Source: Candidatus Oxydemutatoraceae bacterium
Lineage (GTDB): Bacteria; Pseudomonadota; Gammaproteobacteria; Poriferisulfidales; Oxydemutatoraceae
Length of the DNA: 64,000 nucleotides
NCBI GenBank assembly: GCA_965220085.1
Contig: CBDCOZ010000003.1
Location: forward strand, 160,001 to 224,000
Reading direction: 5' to 3'
In this document: positions 61,130 to 64,000 of the stretch, in pieces
Layout: every line of letters starts with the position of its first letter
Numbering within the stretch: position 1 is the stretch's first letter
The notes under the pieces: model-generated
Told to the model about the DNA's origin: nothing
Databases searched by the model: none
Seen by the model: only the letters and a program-made list of their open reading frames with translations
Program-made: the position numbers and the translations under genes

Positions 61130-61500
61130 ATGATGCATGGCATAGGACACATGGGGCAGATGTTGGGTGCGTCATGGGCGCTTGAAGTTTCAGTCTGTAG
61201 TGTGCCCCCTTAGCGGCGCTTTAGTGTTAAACCATGACAGACACTTTATCCAACGATCATTAAATGTCCGCATATTCGGTCCGCAACAAACCCTCTTCAA
61301 ACTCCGCAAACTCTTCCCGAAGAGGCGGTTAAAGCATTCATTGGATGCATTCATTGATGAGCGGCTGACATGGCAAGCATCCATAGTGGCTTTGACATCG
61401 TAGCCGAGGTGTTGCTATGGCCCGTCGGCTTGAAATCAAGCATCTGGAATGTTCCCGGCATTATTCAATTTGCCCACATGTCCAATATGTACTGGCATCA
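61130..61500 (+). mobile_element. Another MITE-like copy, followed by an inverted left-end fragment
   Basis: Collinear with 34841-35055 and 56107-56550. Confidence 0.55.
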
Positions 61501-61652
61501 CACATGAAATTGCAGATGACGCGCTTTTGTGGTAGAGTGCGGAGTACTCATTCAACTGAGTGCTGTTTGGGTACATTAATACGGTTGGTAGCCAAGAAAC
61601 AGTAGCATGATTCGCGAAACTTCTGATATGACCCCCGCACAGCGGGGAGCAA

Positions 61653-62398
61653 CGATGATACGGCGTAGCCTCTGGTCGCTTATGTTGCTCGCTCTGATTG
61701 CCGTCTGCGGTCAAGCGCAAGCACAGACCAACACGACCGCTACCGGCGAACCGGAGGTCACAGCGGCGGACGGCACCAAATGGAGCGTCGCCGACACCTA
61801 CATCGACATCACGATAACCACGGCGACCGCCGCCGTGTTCACCCTGTTGCAGGCCCATGCCGGCAAACTCCTGCACATCTGCGCATCGTTTACCGACAAT
61901 GCCAGCAATGACGAGGAGCGATGCCTGAAAATAGGCCACGCCGTTGTCAATGTCGATGGTAGCGCCACTACAGACTTAAAAAAGATTATTTTGGTTTGCA
62001 TGGTGTTTATTTTTGGATTCGTTGGAGGGTTCATGAGCATGACCCAGAGATATTCCAGAGAGAAAGCAGAAGCAAAAGAAGAAGTGGCAGGAAAAATAAC
62101 TCTTTCAGATTATATACGCTCCTCTATTTTCGGTGGGGTTTTTGCAATTATCTTAATGCTGATATTTCAGGGCGGACTTGGAGTTGCTATAGGGGATTTT
62201 AATCTATTTCCCACCTATCCGGATGCTAAAGATATAAGTCCTATGGGCTTCTTTGAGTTGCTAAGTTATTATCCCGAGACTGGTGCAGATGTTGCAAAGC
62301 TATTGGTCTGGTCTTTTGTAGCAGGGTTTAGTGAGCGAATGGTCCCTGGAGTCCTTGGTAAGCTGAGTAACCGGATTAAAGGAGGAACCAAGAAGTAA
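61653..62398 (+). CDS. Chimeric-looking protein: GC-rich secreted adhesin-like fragment fused to an AT-rich multi-TM domain
   Basis: Signal peptide QAQA|Q; composition switch near 61975; GFVGGFMS...SFVAGFSERMVP TM module. Confidence 0.65.
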
Positions 62399-63429
62399 TG
62401 TCTCCCTCAAATGCCACCTCAACGCCCGCCGATGCCAGCACGGAAGACTCCCCTAAAAAAGGATGATTAAGAAAATATAGCAAAGGCCGCAAGATCAAAG
62501 GCCGTAAGCTTCCGCATTAAGAAGCGCAACTGAGGATTTGATTGCTTAAATATCTTGCTGTGGTGATTCGGCGGAACAGCAAAAATCTGCTCGCCATGTA
62601 ACGAGGCTACAGAGCTTAACCCCTTATGTGAGCATCCGGCAAAGGATAATAAATTGGGGCTGATATACAATTCTAGCAACCGGCTATCAGAACATAAGCA
62701 CTCACTTATTTGTCAGGGGGTTAGGTAAAAGCGTCGCGCCGCTTCCTCGACTCCGGATCACATTTTTCCAATACTAATCCGCTGCCAGTCCGCTTGGATG
62801 TAACGATAGTATGCGCATATGTCTCGATACCTGTGCTCATCTGCGTCCCGCTTTGAGGAGGATTCGCTCCTGCTCACACGCTCCGCCCAATGCAAAGGGC
62901 CGGATACTCCGCGTAGCCAGCCCAACTGTCACCGTTGGCATGAATCGGATGCGTCGACAATCAGTCGTGCGATGATGCGCGGGCCGGGACAAGGCAAGTT
63001 CATGGAAGGCCCGTTGCGGTAGCGCGAGCCATCCCTCGCAGGATTTGCACCGACACGCTCCTTGGGGCTGACTAGCAGGTAACCCGACGGCAACCGCAAA
63101 ACTTTCCGCACACACCCGTGTCCGTCACGCCGTTTTGATTCGCGCACCGGAGACATCCCCGCAACGAATAAATTATCTGTTATGGTTTAACGCCAAAACA
63201 CTACGAAGGAATCACACTACGGACTGAATCTTCAAGCACCCATGACGCACCCCATGTGTCCAATATGTCATGGCATATCAAACAACCATAGAGTTTTTGT
63301 TGATGTCAGAAATCCAGAATATTTCTGGCATTATTCAGTAATATAATGAAGGAATCACTCATAATTTTACTTGTGTCCGTTTTTATGCTAATAATTGTGT
63401 ACTCGTTAACTGACTAGGGGGGTATAACG

Positions 63430-64000
63430 ATGGCACATAAAAAAATTCTTTTTGAAGGCGATTCTTGGTTTGCATATCCTAATCCGGGCGTTTCAAATGT
63501 TTATGAAGCATTTAAGTTTATTAACGGAGAAAGGTCTGCTAAAGAAAGACACGAAATTTATTTCCAAACATATTCAGCAAGACCGCTCCCACCTTTTGGC
63601 GCTCCCAAAGGAAGGCCTCTTTCTAGGAACGGCGATACAATTGCAGAAATGGCAAGCGAAGAAAATGGACAACTTTGGAATATTCTAGATAACAGAAAAG
63701 TAGATGCGTTAGTTCTTTCCGGAGGAGGGAATGATATCGTTGACAGGTTATGTCGAGACAGAGATATATTATCAGGGAAGAAGAAACCGTCAGGATGGAA
63801 ACCGTTGCTAAAACGATGGAACGCGACTGCTACAAAACCAACTGAACTCATTAATGGGGGGCAACTTACTGCATTATTGAAGGGTATTGAAGGTGACTAT
63901 AAGAAAATTTTAGCCAGATTGGGAACGGGTAAGAGTAAAGGGGCTCAAGTTCTGGCACATGATTACACTTTTTTGAAGCCAAGCGGAATACCTTCAAAAG
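63430..64000 (+). CDS. SGNH/GDSL-type hydrolase, 3'-truncated by window
   Basis: MAHKKILFEGDSWFAYP...LSGGGNDIV...AHDY; frame open to the end; purine-rich RBS. Confidence 0.82.
   Translation, partial: MAHKKILFEGDSWFAYPNPGVSNVYEAFKFINGERSAKERHEIYFQTYSARPLPPFGAPKGRPLSRNGDTIAEMASEENGQLWNILDNRKVDALVLSGGGNDIVDRLCRDRDILSGKKKPSGWKPLLKRWNATATKPTELINGGQLTALLKGIEGDYKKILARLGTGKSKGAQVLAHDYTFLKPSGIPSK

Noticed and set aside
24626-64000. Integron cassette array
   Set aside because: No intI and no RYYYAAC...GTTRRRY attC pattern recognised; genes lie in both orientations

Overview
Gammaproteobacterial chromosomal window. The Sel1, pentapeptide, Fic, R-M and TA content suggests a host-associated (e.g. sponge-symbiont-like) lineage; this is inference. 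1-24.6 kb is mostly GC-rich core: minor type IV pilins (pilW/pilX/pilE-like), topA, pyrF, ferredoxin, coaD, rsmD, two M16 peptidases, an L,D-transpeptidase, gmd/fcl, and OFA transporter-aldehyde dehydrogenase-acs. An insert between rsmD and coaD carries a poly-C frameshifted secreted Cys-rich gene and an intact IS1595-family element (28-bp TIRs, 8-bp TSD). From the acs stop (24626) to the end is an AT-richer mosaic accessory region. It holds exonuclease-BRCT paralogs, an NYN nuclease, seven paralogous secreted trypsin-like proteases, pentapeptide-repeat proteins, a GmrSD-like nuclease, an HNH + C5-MTase pair, two Fic proteins, TA remnants, a Sel1 protein and a tyrosinase. Most notable features not explained by the ORFs: (i) a promoter-hairpin-terminator small-RNA unit divergent from the NYN nuclease, with a second copy upstream of the GmrSD-like gene; (ii) repeated duplication of gene ends in 172-190 bp units (pilE x5, rsmD x3, fic x2) plus dispersed acs and ATPase 3' ends bracketing cargo; (iii) a dispersed MITE-like family with about 16 end fragments at module borders; (iv) a diversified protease array; (v) a shared C-terminal LRLR(I/L)FLEGPLR tail. 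No tRNA, rRNA or CRISPR array was seen.
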